A DNA stretch of 64,000 nucleotides. It comes from Eledone cirrhosa (Eukaryota). Location: contig OZ024743.1 in the NCBI GenBank assembly GCA_964016885.1, positions 182,590,001 through 182,654,000 of the forward strand, given 5' to 3'. The notes under the pieces are model-generated. The model was given only the letters and a program-made list of their open reading frames with translations. It was not told the origin of the DNA and searched no databases. The translations under genes were made by a program, and so were the position numbers. Of the stretch, positions 1-13,274 are shown piece by piece (position 1 is the first letter of the stretch; every line of letters begins with the position of its first letter).

Positions 1-460
1 CCATAAAACCTTAATTGCTGGTTCAATATTCTATGGTTAAAGAAATTTATTGCTACCTCAAATTCAAAAAAAAAATTAGCTGTTACATGTGCTATTATTT
101 AACCTTTAACATTCTGTACCACATGAAATCCTATTAGCAAGACATTCTTGAAAAGTCCAAAGTAATCCTATGACTACATCAAATTAAAAATGAAAGTTTT
201 TAGTTCACTGCAAAATTTCACAATCTGTCAACCACCAAAGATACTATAAGCATTTGAACTAACAAACCTATGTTTAGATATTTTCTGTGAAATAACTACA
301 GAATGTTAAGTTAATATCTCTTGTGGGAAGTTCAAAGAAAACCACTATTACACAGTGGCTATTATTAAATGATCTATTACACAAGGAATCAATAGAAAAT
401 TCACTTAAAGTAGATCAAATATTGATAACATCAATTAAGAATCCATTAGAATCAATATAT

Positions 461-781
461 GAAGGCACATGGCTTAGTGCTTAGAGCATTGGCCTTGCAA
501 TCAAAAGGTTGTGAGTTCAATTCTCAGACGGGGTGATGTGTTGTTTCCTCGAGCAAGAAACTTTATTTCACATTGCTCCAGTTTACTCAGCTGTAGAAAT
601 GAGATGATAGGGACTGGGGTCCAGTGGTCGTGGAGGTGCCATGGCAAAAAAAAGCACCCAGCACTCACTGTAAATGAGGTTGGTGTTAGGAAGGACATCC
701 AGCTGTAGAAATCAAGCCAGAATCAGTTCCTGTCCCACCCTTGCAAGCAGGGAAAAGTGGACGTAAAATGATGATGATGAT
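461..781 (+). mobile_element. tRNA-derived SINE (CORE-like central domain, RTE-LINE-derived 3' tail; resembles octopus OR-type SINEs)
   Basis: A-box TGGCTTAGTGC and B-box GAGTTCAATTC, then a CORE-like GAGCAAGAAACTTTATTTCACATTGCTCCAG. The tail GGTTGGTGTTAGGAAGG...GGACGTAAAA(TGA)n matches the 3' ends of RTE LINEs in this window. Confidence 0.8.
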
Positions 782-1025
782 ATGTTATATCCATAATGTA
801 AAGTGCCCAATATTTTATATACAAGTTGATGCTTGTTTACATATACTAGTGTAAAAAACTAAACATTTTGGTAACCTTTCAACAAATTTAGTTTATAAAC
901 AGCTTATGTTAAATGTAAAGATATATTCTAAATTATGAGACTAAACACACACAGGAATTGTAAAGGTGTTACAAACTTAGCAAGATTCTCCCAGAAAGGA
1001 TAATAGAGTTAAAAGCAAGGGTTTG

Positions 1026-1058
<33 letters not shown>

Positions 1059-1280
1059 CCAATGATACCTTCACTAAATCTTTACAAATATTTATCTGAA
1101 ACCAATCATTAGGCAATTAATTTTATAAATCAGTATAGAATTATATTGCAGCTAAGAAACTATTTGCTATTGTCACATGTTTATGGGCAAAATATTTCAC
1201 ATCACTTCACAAACAGCTCTAATAAAACTACCTGTATAATTTGTCACATGCTGTACAAGCATTTACATTTCAAACTCTTA

Positions 1281-1462
1281 CAACATATTGGAATAGATTA
1301 TGGGGTCATATATAGGTATGCAATATATTGGAATAAGATTATGAGATCATATATAAGTATACAACATATTGGAATAAGATTGTGGGGTCATATATAGGTA
1401 TGCAATATATTTGAATACAATTATGGGATCATATATAGGTATACAATATACTGGAATAAGAT
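1281..1462. repeat. ~41-bp minisatellite, about 4.5 copies
   Basis: CAAYATATTGGAATA-like starts at 1281, 1321, 1362, 1403 and 1444. Confidence 0.85.
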
Positions 1463-1914
1463 TCATCATAAAAACACTACATATAGGTTTGTTAATTCAA
1501 ATGTTTATAATATCTTTATTAGATCATTGTAAAATTTACAGTAAATTAGAAACTTACATCTTTCAATGTAATTCAGTCAGTGTTTTGTACTTTTCAAGAA
1601 TGTCTTGTTAATGTGATCTCATGTGGTACAGGATGTTAAGAGTTGAAGAGTTAAAAATAGTACAGCATTCAATCACCAGAACAATTTGCTTATGATATTA
1701 ATATATAAGTGGCTGAGCATTATATAATACTTTTGCTAATTACTGCAGTTAGAATTATATAATCATACCTAGCTATATCAACATTAACTATAGGTAGGCT
1801 TCATTCATCTTGTGTTGATCATGAACAGGAGCAGCAATGAGAAGACAAATTTTCAGTCAACTTTTTATTATTTTTTTTTTTTTATTAATCAGTTGACTGT
1901 CAGTTGGCTCTTTT

Positions 1915-2195
1915 GGTACCATGATAAAAAGTACCCAGTCCACACTGTAAAGTGGTCATGATGTCATAATAAAAAGTACCCTGTCCATGTTGTAAAGTGT
2001 GCATGTAAGTGTCTCGATAAAAAGCACCCAGCCCACACGGTAAATGTTGTTGGTATTAGGAAGGGCACCCAGCTGTAGAAAACAAGCCAGAGACAGTTCT
2101 GAGTAAGACACAGCCATCTGATCTGACTCGTCTCACAACAGGACTTGTCTAACCCCGTGCTAGCCCGGAAAAATGGATGTCAAACAGTTCTGATG
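1915..2195 (+). mobile_element. RTE/SINE 3' tail fragment with tandem ~41-bp subrepeats
   Basis: Repeated ATAAAAAGYACCCAGTCCACACTGTAAAGTGG units, followed by the TTAGGAAGGGCACCCAGCTGTAGAAA...GGATGT tail. Confidence 0.7.
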
Positions 2196-3923
2196 TGTGT
2201 AATGTGGTGTAAAAATTCTTGAGCTAGTGTTAGAGAGTAATTGAGTGAAAATGTAAACTGAAGACATGAGACAATTTAGAGTTTAAGGTGTTAGAAATAG
2301 ATGAATTGATTCACATCTTTGCCTTACAACACATTTGAAATAAAACGGTGATATTTAACATCACTTCACAAATATATGCTGGCATACCACATAGTGTGAC
2401 ACCTACTCTAGTGGCAAACTGGTATGTTCAGCTACCAATCCAGGCTTTGCTGCCTACCAAACCAAAAAGGAAAAACTATCCAAGTATCAGCCACTCTTTG
2501 ATAGGTTTGTGGTAGAGCTTGAAGCAATGGGAGACTTCTGGTGTTCTTGGCCCCAAGACCACCATCCCCACTCATTGCTATCAAAGTGAACTGGCTGCCA
2601 ACAGGTGCAAGCCCTGCAAGATGGAGTGACTGTTCCAGCATGTCTCCCTTGTCATCCTACGGGGCAATGTATTCTCTATCCTGTAAGTTAGTTGGAAGTG
2701 GAGGATATTAGTTTGGATGTCACTTTCTCTCTATTTCTATATAGATAGATAGATAGATTCTTTTTAACATTCACAGCAAAATATTTCGCATCACTTCACA
2801 AACAGCTCTAATAAAATTACCTGTTTAATTTGTCATATGCTGTACTAGCATTTACATTTCAAACTCTTACATAGAAGAAAAGTCTGTTCAGTACCACCAC
2901 CACCACATCTATAATTTCAACTAAATATTCCATTCCTGCTAAACTACTTCAGCAAATCTTTCATCATCATCCTCATCACCGTTTAACATCTATTTTCCAT
3001 GCTTGCATGGGTTAGACAGGTTGTCACATTCTGAGGCTAAACTAGTTGTGTGACCATGTCTTGCTCTTAGATTCAAATTTTGGCTTGGTTCCTATGACTG
3101 GGTGTTAAGCATTCCTAATACTAAACCACTTTACAGTGTCCTGTGAGTATTTTATGGTGGCAGCACCAGTCCACCTTACAGGGTGGTCTGGCTGCTTTAG
3201 TGGCATTGTGTTTTTAAATATAAGAGTACTTTCACAACATTCTTCATTAATCAACCATAATCCAAGAAACTTATGTGATAACTTAAAAGTAAAAACACAG
3301 GGGTCATAAAACCCTTGTCAACATCAGTGATCTCAGTAATAATTAACTGTCACATCAAATAATCAGAATATCTTGTCATTTTACACTAGAATAGTATGCT
3401 GTCAAATGTTTACTAAAACCACTGAAAATATTTTTATGAGAAGCTATCCCAACATATTAAACCATAATTTTTATTTAATTCCATGTTACATGAAATACAA
3501 ACCTAAATAAAAGCTGACAACTAGTTCATCACAAAGTATACCGACATCTGTTCTAGATGCAACAGATGTTATCGAAATAGGTTTAATAATGTTATATACA
3601 CACGGCTCCCTGAGCTCAACTTTGCATTTCATTCATTTGAGGTCTATAAAAAAATACCAGTCAAGTACTGGAGTAGATTCTTCTATATCTCTTTATAACT
3701 TCCATTCTCTTTCTCTCTCTCTATCCTTCTCAGAAAGAAATCTGTATTCAGACCAAGAGAGAGAGGGGGGGGGGGGCAGCCAACATAACTAACACTTCAC
3801 TGATACTTGGAGGGAGGAGGAGGTAGTCAACATAATCAACTCCAACACTTCACTGATACTAGGAGAGATGGGTAGTCAACACTTCACTGATATTTATTTT
3901 ATGAGCTTCTTTTTCTGTTAAAC

Positions 3924-6620
3924 CAAAAGTTCTCAACAGGGGGCATATGCACCCCCAGGGGTGTTTCGGAACTCCAGGGGGTCGTTTGGGAGCAAGGTCG
4001 CGTGAGGGGCGCTGGAAGACTCTTTATTTTGGTAAGTTTTGTAAGCCATATTTGTAGGTCTTTGAGACAGCCAGTGTGAATACATTTGAATGAGCTTGCA
4101 GACAGCATAACTATAGTCTGACCGCAGCTGTGAGCAGGTGTGCAGGCATGTCTAAACATTAACCGGTAATTGAGATCCTAAAAATGAAAAAACCCATTCA
4201 TCTGGGTCAAGGACACTTTGAGCGCAGCCAGTTAGATTCTTATCTTTCCTTCACCGATAAAAATGTATTTCATGTCTGAAATTATTGACTCAACCGTAAC
4301 GAGTTAACACTATGTAGATCTATTTTATTCCCTATTGTATAAATAATATTACAAATAAAAAAAAGAAAGAAAACACAGAAGCGGGTAGCACACACATCTA
4401 GGACCACATACAACACATAAGCAGGTAATACACGCATCTAAGACCACATAAGCAAGTAATACATACATCTAGGACCACATGCAACACACAGGCAGGAAAT
4501 ACATACATCTAGGACCACATACAACAGATAAGCAGGTAATACAAACATCTACGACCACATACTACAAGACAATCAGGTAATACAAACATCTAGGACCACA
4601 TACAAAACAATCAGGTAATACATACATCTAGGACAACATACAACACATAAGGAGGTAATACACACATCTAGGACCACATACCACATACAACACACAAGCA
4701 AGTAATATATACAGCTGGGATGACATGCAATACATAAGCAGGTAATACATACATCTAGGACTACATACAACACACAGGCAGGTAATACATACATCTAGGA
4801 CCACATACAACACATAAGGAGGTAATACACACATCTAGGACCACATACAACACACAAGCAGGTAATACATACAGCTGGGACCACATGCAATACATAAGCA
4901 GGTAATACATACATCTAGGACCACATACAACACACAAGCAGATAATACATACAGCCAAGACCACATGCAATACATAAGCAGGTAATACATACATCTAGGA
5001 CCACATACAACACACATTGTATCATGTGCTACGGACAACGCAAGAGCAATGGTCGGCCAACATAAGGGCTTCGTCACTCTTCTGAAGAGAGAAAATCTAT
5101 CTGTATTTGCTGTTCATTGTGTCATTCATCGACAACACTTGGCTGTGAAGAAACTCAGCAAGCCTCTGAGCAAGTCCTTGCAGGTGGCCATTGATGTCAT
5201 CAATTTTATCAAACGGCATTCCCTCAATGAACGAATTTTCCGGCAACTGTGCTAAGATAATGACGAATAATTCGTCAAGCTGCTCCTTCATACTGAGGTG
5301 AAGTGGCTTTCAAAGGGCAAGTGCTTTACTCACTTCTTTGAACTGTTCGATTCTTATCATTGAGTTTCTGCGAGGACGCAACACAGAACTGTACAAGAAA
5401 ACCCTCAATGTGAGGCAAGACTGCGCCTACCTCACCAACATCTTCGACAAATGGTATAGCGTCATTTTGGCTTTGCAGGGGAAGAAGATCACCTTGCTTA
5501 AAGCAAGGAATGCTGTGAAAACATTCCTGGCCAAATTGAATGTCATCGAAAGGAATCTTTGTTGACGGGAATTCTATAATTTTCCTCGTGTCGCCAATAT
5601 TCAAATCATTGTAAGTAATGACCAACTCCAAATTTATACCACTCGCCTCCGTGCGCTACAAGACAACATGAGAGAATGGTTTGTCGACCTTTTGCCGATG
5701 GACATCCCAATATGGATAGCAGATCCTTCATAGCTAACGTCGACGATTTGGACTTTAAATTTCGGGAAAAATTCATTGAACTCAAGCAGATGACATGATC
5801 AAAATTAGATTTCCCAAAATAGGTGAACCCCTTTTTGGGATGCATGTGGAAATTCAGCGCTGATTTCCACACCTACATGCAGAGGCTAAGAGATTTGCTC
5901 TGCCTTTTCCAAGCTCATACTTAGTCGAGAGGAGGTTTGGTGTTGTTTCCAGACTGCACAGTAAGGCTCGCAACCGCTACAATGTAATTATACGTGGAGA
6001 TCTCTGGCTACATCTTCGGAAAATTCAGCCTCACGTCAAAGAACAATTTTTTTACTTGTAATTGCAGTCTGACTGGACTGGAAATCATCTACTACAATTC
6101 ACTTATTTGTTGTATATATATTTTACCAGTTACTAATAAATATACCCTCCCGTGTGGTCATGAAAACCCTCTTCTGTGGTCTCTAAGCTCACAACGCAGA
6201 GGGGACATCAAGTTAGATATCAACATTTATTCTGTCCGTTTCATTAAAGGGAAAATTGGAAATCTTTGAAATGACATAATTGCCACTTTCTTCCAGATAA
6301 GAGCACTCTTGGGATAGACAGAGTTGCTCTTGTATAAATGTTCAAAATAGCTGGTACTGCCTGGTGGGAATATAACAAATTCAACTGGTCCTTATTCATA
6401 AAAAAGAACATTTATGTTCCTTTTTTTGAAATTTATATATTTCCTTTCAAGGAATGTATTTATACTCTTAGCTGCCTGCAATGGTATCTTTGGAATATTG
6501 TTAATCAATTTTTTAGTAATCTACTGATATCAAAATCAGTAGTATATTGAAAAATGGAAAAATCGGGTAGGGGGACGTTTCGAGGGACAAAAGGGTTGGC
6601 CTAAATGGGTTGAGAACCTG
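3924..6620 (+). mobile_element. Decayed hAT (Buster/Charlie-type) DNA transposon
   Basis: Imperfect TIRs CAAAAGTTCTCAAC (3924) and GTTGAGAACCTG (6620). Degenerate 8-bp TSD TGTTAAAC/TGTTAGAG with central TA. Transposase remnants at 5017-6030 include CATDNARAMVG, HCVIHRQHL (CxxH), LLHTEVKWLSKG and FPSSYLVER, with stops and frameshifts. Confidence 0.85.
4381..5016. repeat. 40-bp minisatellite (~16 copies) inside the hAT element
   Basis: Unit ~GCAGGTAATACATACATCTAGGACCACATACAACACACAA; GGTAAT-like starts at 4821, 4861, 4901, 4941 and 4981. Confidence 0.9.
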
Positions 6621-7051
6621 TGTTAGAGCATACCAAGTATGTGATTGGTGAAGGCTGGTGGCTTAGTGGTTAGAGAATTGAATTTGTAATCATGAGGTAG
6701 TGAGTTTGATCCCTGGACCAAACAAGACTATTTCACATTGCTCTTTCTGCCAGAATTTGAGACCTGTAGATAGTATCAGAAATGGAAAGACCAATGGAAA
6801 CATTGTTTCCTTGGTCTGAGTTGATAAGTTCCACCCCACTCAATAAGTGAATGTGATATATGACCTTGTACATAGCCAAATTAAGAGAATTACCAACTCT
6901 CCAGTCAAATCTTTACCATCTCACCTACATATATAAGTTAACCCTTTTGGTAGCAAATGATCTGACACTGCCATCTGCTTTTACAATATAAATGTTTCAA
7001 AGTGTTTATATTTACCTAAAAACTTTCCGTCATAATCTTATATTAACATTA

Positions 7052-8413
7052 CTAGCAGAAAAACCACCCTTCGGGTGGTTTTCTACTAGCATGTGCGGTG
7101 TGTATGTTGATATTATACGCAGGTATATATACATGTAGATATGATACATCAAATAAAATCGTAATTGACAATATATAATACATAGAAATTGAACGAAAAC
7201 TGCGTTACACTGTCTTATTTAATCAGTAACGTAATCCATGATACATTAAAAAAAGACGATATTATATATAAACTGCATTAGGAGAAAATTAGTGACAGAA
7301 AATTAGTATGTTTATTTAAGCGATGGCCAACCGAAAGCGTTGATATTTCAGAAATTTTAAAGAAGTCCCGTCCCGCACTCCTTACTTTATTATAGTTTAG
7401 ATGAGTTTAAAAAAAAAGAGTTAATAAATAAATAAAACGTTATACTTGTTTTACCCTCCCATTTCCAATTAAACCGAATGCTATCATGACTTTGTATGTT
7501 TGTGTAAATGTATATGTGTGAATGTATGTATGAAAGTATGTGTGAAAGTATGTGTGAATGTATGTATATTTGTGTGAAAGTATACCCTCCTATCTCCAAT
7601 TAAACCGAACGCTATCATGACTGTTTTTGTAAATGTATGTGTGTGAATGTATGTATATTTGTGTGAATGTATGTATATTTGTGTGAAAGTATGTATGTTT
7701 GTGTGAAAGTATGTTTGTGTGAAAGTATGTATGTTTGTGTGAAAGTATATGTGAAAGTATGTATGTTTGTGTGAAAGTATGTATGTTTGTGTGAAAGTAT
7801 GTATGTTTGTGTGAAAGTATGTATGTTTGTGTGAAAGTATGTATGTTTGTGTGAAAGTATGTATGTTTGTGTGAAAGTATGTATGTTTGTGTGAAAGTAT
7901 GTATGTTTGTGTGAAAGTATGTATGTTTGTGTGAAAGTATGTATGTTTGTGTGAAAGTATGTATGTTTGTGTGAAAGTATGTGTATTTGTGTGAAAGTAT
8001 GTGTATTTGTGTGAATTATGTCTGTAAGAGTGTATTTTTATAAGTTTGTGTTTGCACGATTATAGTTATATACTCATACATATAGATGTATGTATGTACA
8101 CAATCATACGCATTAGGTGTAGAAAATCATAATCTCTCTATCTCTCATCACACACTCTCTTTCTATATATATGGTAGTTGAAATGGGGGTGGTGGCGACG
8201 AGATACCGGAAGTGCAACTTTGAAAATAAGTCAATTTGAAATTATTTTTACGAAATTATTTTTACGAAATTTAGTAAATAAATTATGTAATATTCATTCA
8301 TTATTTATTCAAAGTAATCCAACTTATTTTACAAACGGGATAAAAAAAAATAAAACAGACGCAATCCCGCAGACCTTCCGTTATAGTTTAGACTTCCTTT
8401 ATTATAGTTTAGA
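7052..8413 (-). mobile_element. Non-autonomous Helitron with an internal 20-bp tandem array
   Basis: On the minus strand it starts a|TCTAAACTATAATAAAG (8413) and ends with the hairpin GAAAACCACCCGAAGGGTGGTTTTTC followed by CTAG|t (7052). Inserted at an A|T site without a TSD. Confidence 0.75.
7681..8017. repeat. 20-bp minisatellite (GTGAAAGTATGTATGTTTGT)n
   Basis: Near-perfect 20-bp periodicity is directly visible. Confidence 0.95.
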
Positions 8414-8836
8414 TGTTATTCCAAACACCAACTTAATGAGAAATATTAATACATATTTCAAAATCCTTTGATTATTTTCAAAATTATTTGACGATCATAG
8501 GCAGTGACTTTATTAGAAATTTGGTAATGAAAAGGTTAAGTAGCTTGACATGTAATATTTCATTTGGCATGATAAAAGCTAAGTCTCTTGTTAGAGAGAA
8601 AGAAAAAAAAAACGGGTAGTTAATTATATCAACATGAATATATGGTGATATAAAACAAAAAGTACAGCATTTCATAGTTCCAGTTTGAGGCCATATCACT
8701 AATACATATGCCCTTGAGAAAGAAACGTGTCACATCTCATTTCCTCTGTCTTAAATCAAAACCAAACTAATATCTTTGACTCAATGGAGTTGATTGAATG
8801 AAATCAAAGTTTCAATGTAGTCTGAAAGAAGATTAA

Positions 8837-9053
8837 CCCTTTAGCATTCTCATTACTCTATATATACTATTATATTTTCATGGTAAAGGCTTTATCTCGC
8901 ATAATTATCTCACATAATATTGAATCTACAAAATCTTGATATTTATTTTGAGAACAATACCGTAACATCAGTTTCAGTGACCAGTTACAGCCAGTTTCAA
9001 CAGAAAAAGGTAGAGAATTCTGGCCAGTTTTGGTCGCTTCGAACATTAAAAGA
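8837..9053. mobile_element. TTAA MITE, degenerate copy of the 11248-11459 family
   Basis: Starts TTAA|CCCTTTAGCATT and shares internal sequence (CATAATTATCTCACATAATAT, TTTTGAGAACAATACC) with the 11248 copy. Confidence 0.7.
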
Positions 9054-9589
9054 TTAAAGAAACAATATTCTAAAGATACAATATTGTCATATAAACTGAA
9101 ATCTATATATAGTAAGAAAGTTGTTTATGTTTCATATATATATATTTACATGAATGGTTGACCTCAATAATTGAAATTTGGACAAAAAGTTTGTTTATTT
9201 CATATTTATTGAGATGTATTGCCATTTAATAAAGAAAAATATTAAAATTAGTACAATATACTATTTTCTTTAGATCAAAGTGTACTCTAAAAGTAAAATT
9301 GGCTATTGTGTATTTTTCCAACCTTCTTTCTTTGATTCCAAAACACATTGTAAACAATGGAAAACTTTCATCAGTTTCACATTCACTTTTTTCATGCTTG
9401 CATGGGTTAGATAAGAGTTTTTGAAGCAGGCTTTCTACAGCTGGATGGTGTCATATTATTAACTACTGTGTATATATCTGACAATAATGAAATAGATACA
9501 TTGCAGGATATATTATATATGAGGAATATGAAGCAATGTCAATATTGGCTTTTTATAAATACTGACAATATGATGTTTGCAGTGATTGA

Positions 9590-10636
9590 CAAACAAAAAC
9601 ACATACACACAGATTTATATATAAAGTTGCGATGGATGCCCAATGTTCATGTGCATATATAATGAAGCATAGATAACCTGAAAGAAAAACTAGGTATAAA
9701 AGGAATCAGATGTAGTGTGTAAGAGAGATGATAGGTTTGGACATGTGATGCATATGGCTGATCATCATTGGGTGAAGAAGTGTCTAGAAATCCCAATGGA
9801 GGAATGCTGCAATAGAGGAAGATGTGGGCAGAGGTTGTGAGGGCTGATCAGAAACTGCTGGACCTCACAGATGACACAGAAATGCAATGAATCGAGAGAG
9901 GCTATGATGGAAAAAAAAAATACCCAGCATATGCAAGCATGGGAAAACAAACATAAAATGATGATAATGAGCTTCTTCAGTTTGCATCTACCAAATTCAC
10001 AAACACAGTATTGGTTAGTTTGGGACTATTGGCTATGGTAAAAGACACTTGCCCAAAATGCCAAGCAATGAAACTGAACAGAGAATGTCTTAGTCGCACA
10101 GCCATGTCTGTGACTTTATAATAAATATAACCAGTCCACACCGTAAAGCAGTTGTGTAGGTACCACAATAAAAGGCACCCAGCCAACACTAAAGTGGTCA
10201 TGTAGGTGTCAATAAAAAAAAACACCCAGAACACACTATAAAGTGGTTGTATAGCTACCACAATAAAAAGCACTCAGTATACACTGTCAAGTCGTCATGT
10301 AGGTGTCATGATAAAAAGCACTGTAAAGTGGTCATTTTGGTGCCATGATAAAAGGCACCCAGTACACATTATAAAGTGGTTATTTTGGTGCCATGATAAA
10401 AGGCACGCATCATAAACTCTAAAGTGTTTGTTTTGGTGTCACAACAAAAAGCACCCAGTACACACTGTAAATGTGGTTGGCATTAGGAAGGGGCACCCAG
10501 CCATAGAAACCAAGCTAGAAAGAGTTCTGTATGGCAAGACACAATCATTTGATCCAATTTATCTCACAATAAGACAACTCGCTCAACCCATGCTAGCATG
10601 GAAAAATGGACATCAAATGGTGGTGGTGGTGGTGTT
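9590..10636 (+). mobile_element. Degenerate RTE 3' fragment plus SINE/RTE tail with expanded ~41-bp subrepeats
   Basis: Eroded LRWM...FGHVM remnants at 9627-9760. Multiple ATAAAAGGCACCCAG...AAAGTGG units at 10120-10480, then the conserved tail ACCCATGCTAGCATGGAAAAATGGAC. Confidence 0.6.
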
Positions 10637-10862
10637 GATTATCAAAATCTCTTTCAGTAATATGATAAATAGGTTATGTACATATTACACATATGTACAA
10701 GTAGTATAGTTATATTGCAGAAGACGCAATCTTTGAATTCACATATGTCCCGTTCTTAATATCCATAATCATTTCCAATATCTATAATCATTTTAAATTC
10801 AATAATGTGTTCTTTTTTTCATATGAAATATTGCAAGTGAAAGGTGTCAATCACCTCAACCA

Positions 10863-10910
<48 letters not shown>

Positions 10911-11247
10911 AACCTGTAACCCCTGATGGAGGAGTTGTGGCACCATATTTATATACAGCGTTTCTTGGGGAATTTATAAGCTGGCAGGTAAATACCAAAT
11001 ATTTCAAGTTAATCACAAAGAAAAAACCTCATTTTGTGATACAACAAAGTTTGGTGTGGCAAAGTATCTTGTTTAGAGGGAAACATTGCATTGCTTATCG
11101 TTTATTCTACCATAATGAATTCTCCCCTTTCTGGAGTGGTTTCTACAACAGGATGCCCTTCCTATCATCAACCACCTTACAGGGTGTGCTGGATGCATTT
11201 TTGTGAAAAAAAGAAAATGCATAAAGACAGATGTTCTATAAATTTAA

Positions 11248-11459
11248 CCCTTTAGCATTTACATTACTCTATATTGTATTTTCACAGTAAACACTATTTC
11301 ACATAATTATCTCACATAATATCGAATCTATGAGATTTTAATATTATTTATTTTGAGAACAATACCTCAACATCAGTATAAGTAGCCAGTTATGGCCGGT
11401 TTGAACAGAAAGAGGTGAGAGAATTCTGGATGGATATGACCAGTTTAAATGCTAAAGGG
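11248..11459. mobile_element. piggyBac-like MITE (212 bp)
   Basis: Perfect 14-bp TIR CCCTTTAGCATTTA/TAAATGCTAAAGGG with TTAA on both sides. Confidence 0.85.
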
Positions 11460-12064
11460 TTAAAGAATGTGTTCGGTCTTTATTTTAAAAATGATTCAAT
11501 AAATGATACAGGAGATAATAAACATAGCCTACTTTCAGAGAAGTAATCTTAATACAGTAATTCATTTCTCACAAAATGAAGAAAAAATAGTTTTATGTTA
11601 TCTCAATGTTGGAGAGCTTCAATCATATAATGTTGATATTGTTGAAGCTCTATAGGGTGGATTAAATAGTAAAAAACTTGATGTTATACAACTTGTAGTT
11701 GACACTGATAAGGTGTGATGGTTGCAGAAATAATGGCAGCAACCAGAAACTTGAAATGTTATGAAAAGGGGACAAACCCTACACACTTTAGCTTGGTGGT
11801 ATATCTCAGCTAGCAACACCCACTGCATCAGCCATGCCACCTCACAGGGCTTCCTTGTCAGGCAGAATACACTCTTCTCAAATTTGAGGAGGAAAACAGA
11901 AGTCCAAGGGCGTATAGTGTATGTATATCCTGTATATATATATATATGTGTGTGTGTATGTATGCAATAAATCAATGGGAATTAAATATATTACCCATTG
12001 ATTTATTGCATACATACTGACCCCGTGCCGTCAAAAATTACAGCTAATTGTAGTATTTTATATA

Positions 12065-13274
12065 CAGGGTACGGATGATATCTGTTCGCGAGATTACTGT
12101 CTATGAAAAAATAACACAGTAGTTTTATTTTTTAAGATATATTTATCAAACTTGGGTCAGTTTGTCTTCATGACTTGTTCTTTCGACCTCACTCGATAAA
12201 CCAGCCATTGGCTTTAATGACGGCCTCGGAACCGGCTACAGGCCTTCGTCACTGTCCCCCGACTTAGGCCCCTAAAGGCACTTGTGATCCTGGCCTTCAG
12301 ATCGTTTTTCGTATTGCAGCTAGATCTGTTGATGTCTCATTCCACTGCGCCCCACACAAAGAAGTCGAGGGGTTGCAGTCAGGCGAGCTGGGTGGCCAGA
12401 TGTCAGGTGAAGTGTGGTCAACGAAGTTCTGACAGCCAGGCTTGTGTCTTTCAGCTGGTATGGCAGGGAGGTGAGTCTTGCTGCCACACGTACGGCCTAC
12501 CTGCAGCTACCTGGTCGATCCAGAGCTTTACTACCTCGCTCAGAATGCAGATGTAGCCATCGGTGTTCAGTTTGAGACCCTCAGGGAAGAAGTGAGGTGG
12601 CATGACGTCACCTTGACTGCTGACGACACCTAAAACCAATGTTGTCGCTGGAAACTGTCTGCATGACTCTGGGCACGTCTGTTGTTCTGGGAGTTGATAT
12701 TCTAGTCTTGGCAGAAGTTTTTCTCGTCGGAGAAAAACCACAGCATGTCTGGCTCCAGTGGGTGTTTCAACTTGTTCATCAGCTTCTTTGCGTGCTTCAG
12801 TCGCTTTTCTTGCATCGCCTTTGACAGAAATTGTCCTTTCCTCATCTTGTATGAAATGTACCACCAGCCTAATGAGCTTTTGATCCACGCCTTTCTCCCT
12901 TGCAATGGCACGCGTCAACTTCAGCGACGAACCCGGGCGTTCTGAAGGCGTCAGATCATCGATCATGTGTTTTCCTCTCTGATGTTATTCGTAGTTGAAT
13001 CCTGAATCTTCCAATTTCTTTCTGATCTTTTCCACCATTCTCCTGCTGACGATGAGAAAATCTGAAATTTCCTTATTTGTCCTCCCGGCGCGGAATCCAA
13101 GAAGAACTATGTCTCTTCCACAAATTTGGAGGTTCAAAATTATTCATAATCAATTATTCTAAAAATAAATAATGGAAATATAGTCACTGTTTTTATGAAG
13201 ACAAGAGTGACAGTAAAAAAAATTTGCATAAAATTAGCAGTTGAAAATTGCAAACAAATATCGTCCACACCCTG
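12065..13274 (-). mobile_element. Tc1/mariner superfamily DD37D (maT-type) transposon, decayed, inserted in the Helitron 3' region
   Basis: TA TSDs and ~25-bp imperfect TIRs (CAGGGTACGGATGATATCTGTTCGC vs CAGGGTGTGGACGATATTTGTTTGC). Motifs FSDEKNF, WQQDSPPCH and WPPSSPDCNPLD; after repairing frameshifts there are 37 residues between the 2nd and 3rd Asp. Confidence 0.85.

Larger units (their letters stand above)
6942..8535. mobile_element. TTAA-flanked piggyBac-like MITE interrupted by a Helitron
   Basis: TTAA|CCCTTTTGGTA at 6938-6952 and GGTAATGAAAAGG|TTAA at 8523-8539. Removing 7052-8413 leaves about 230 bp. Confidence 0.6.

Noticed and set aside
461-535. tRNA gene candidates (also ~6652-6720, 58190-58263 and 62070-62160)
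   Set aside because: A/B boxes continue directly into SINE bodies, and no complete cloverleaf was seen.
2400-2690. GC-richer segment with a minus-strand CTAAC…TTACAG acceptor-like motif and a 69-aa ORF
   Set aside because: No recognisable protein similarity and no matching donor or partner exons; probably a decayed TE fragment.
4381-5016. Regular repeats here and at 56156-56335 as possible CRISPR arrays
   Set aside because: Head-to-tail units with no unique spacers, no cas genes, and a eukaryotic context.
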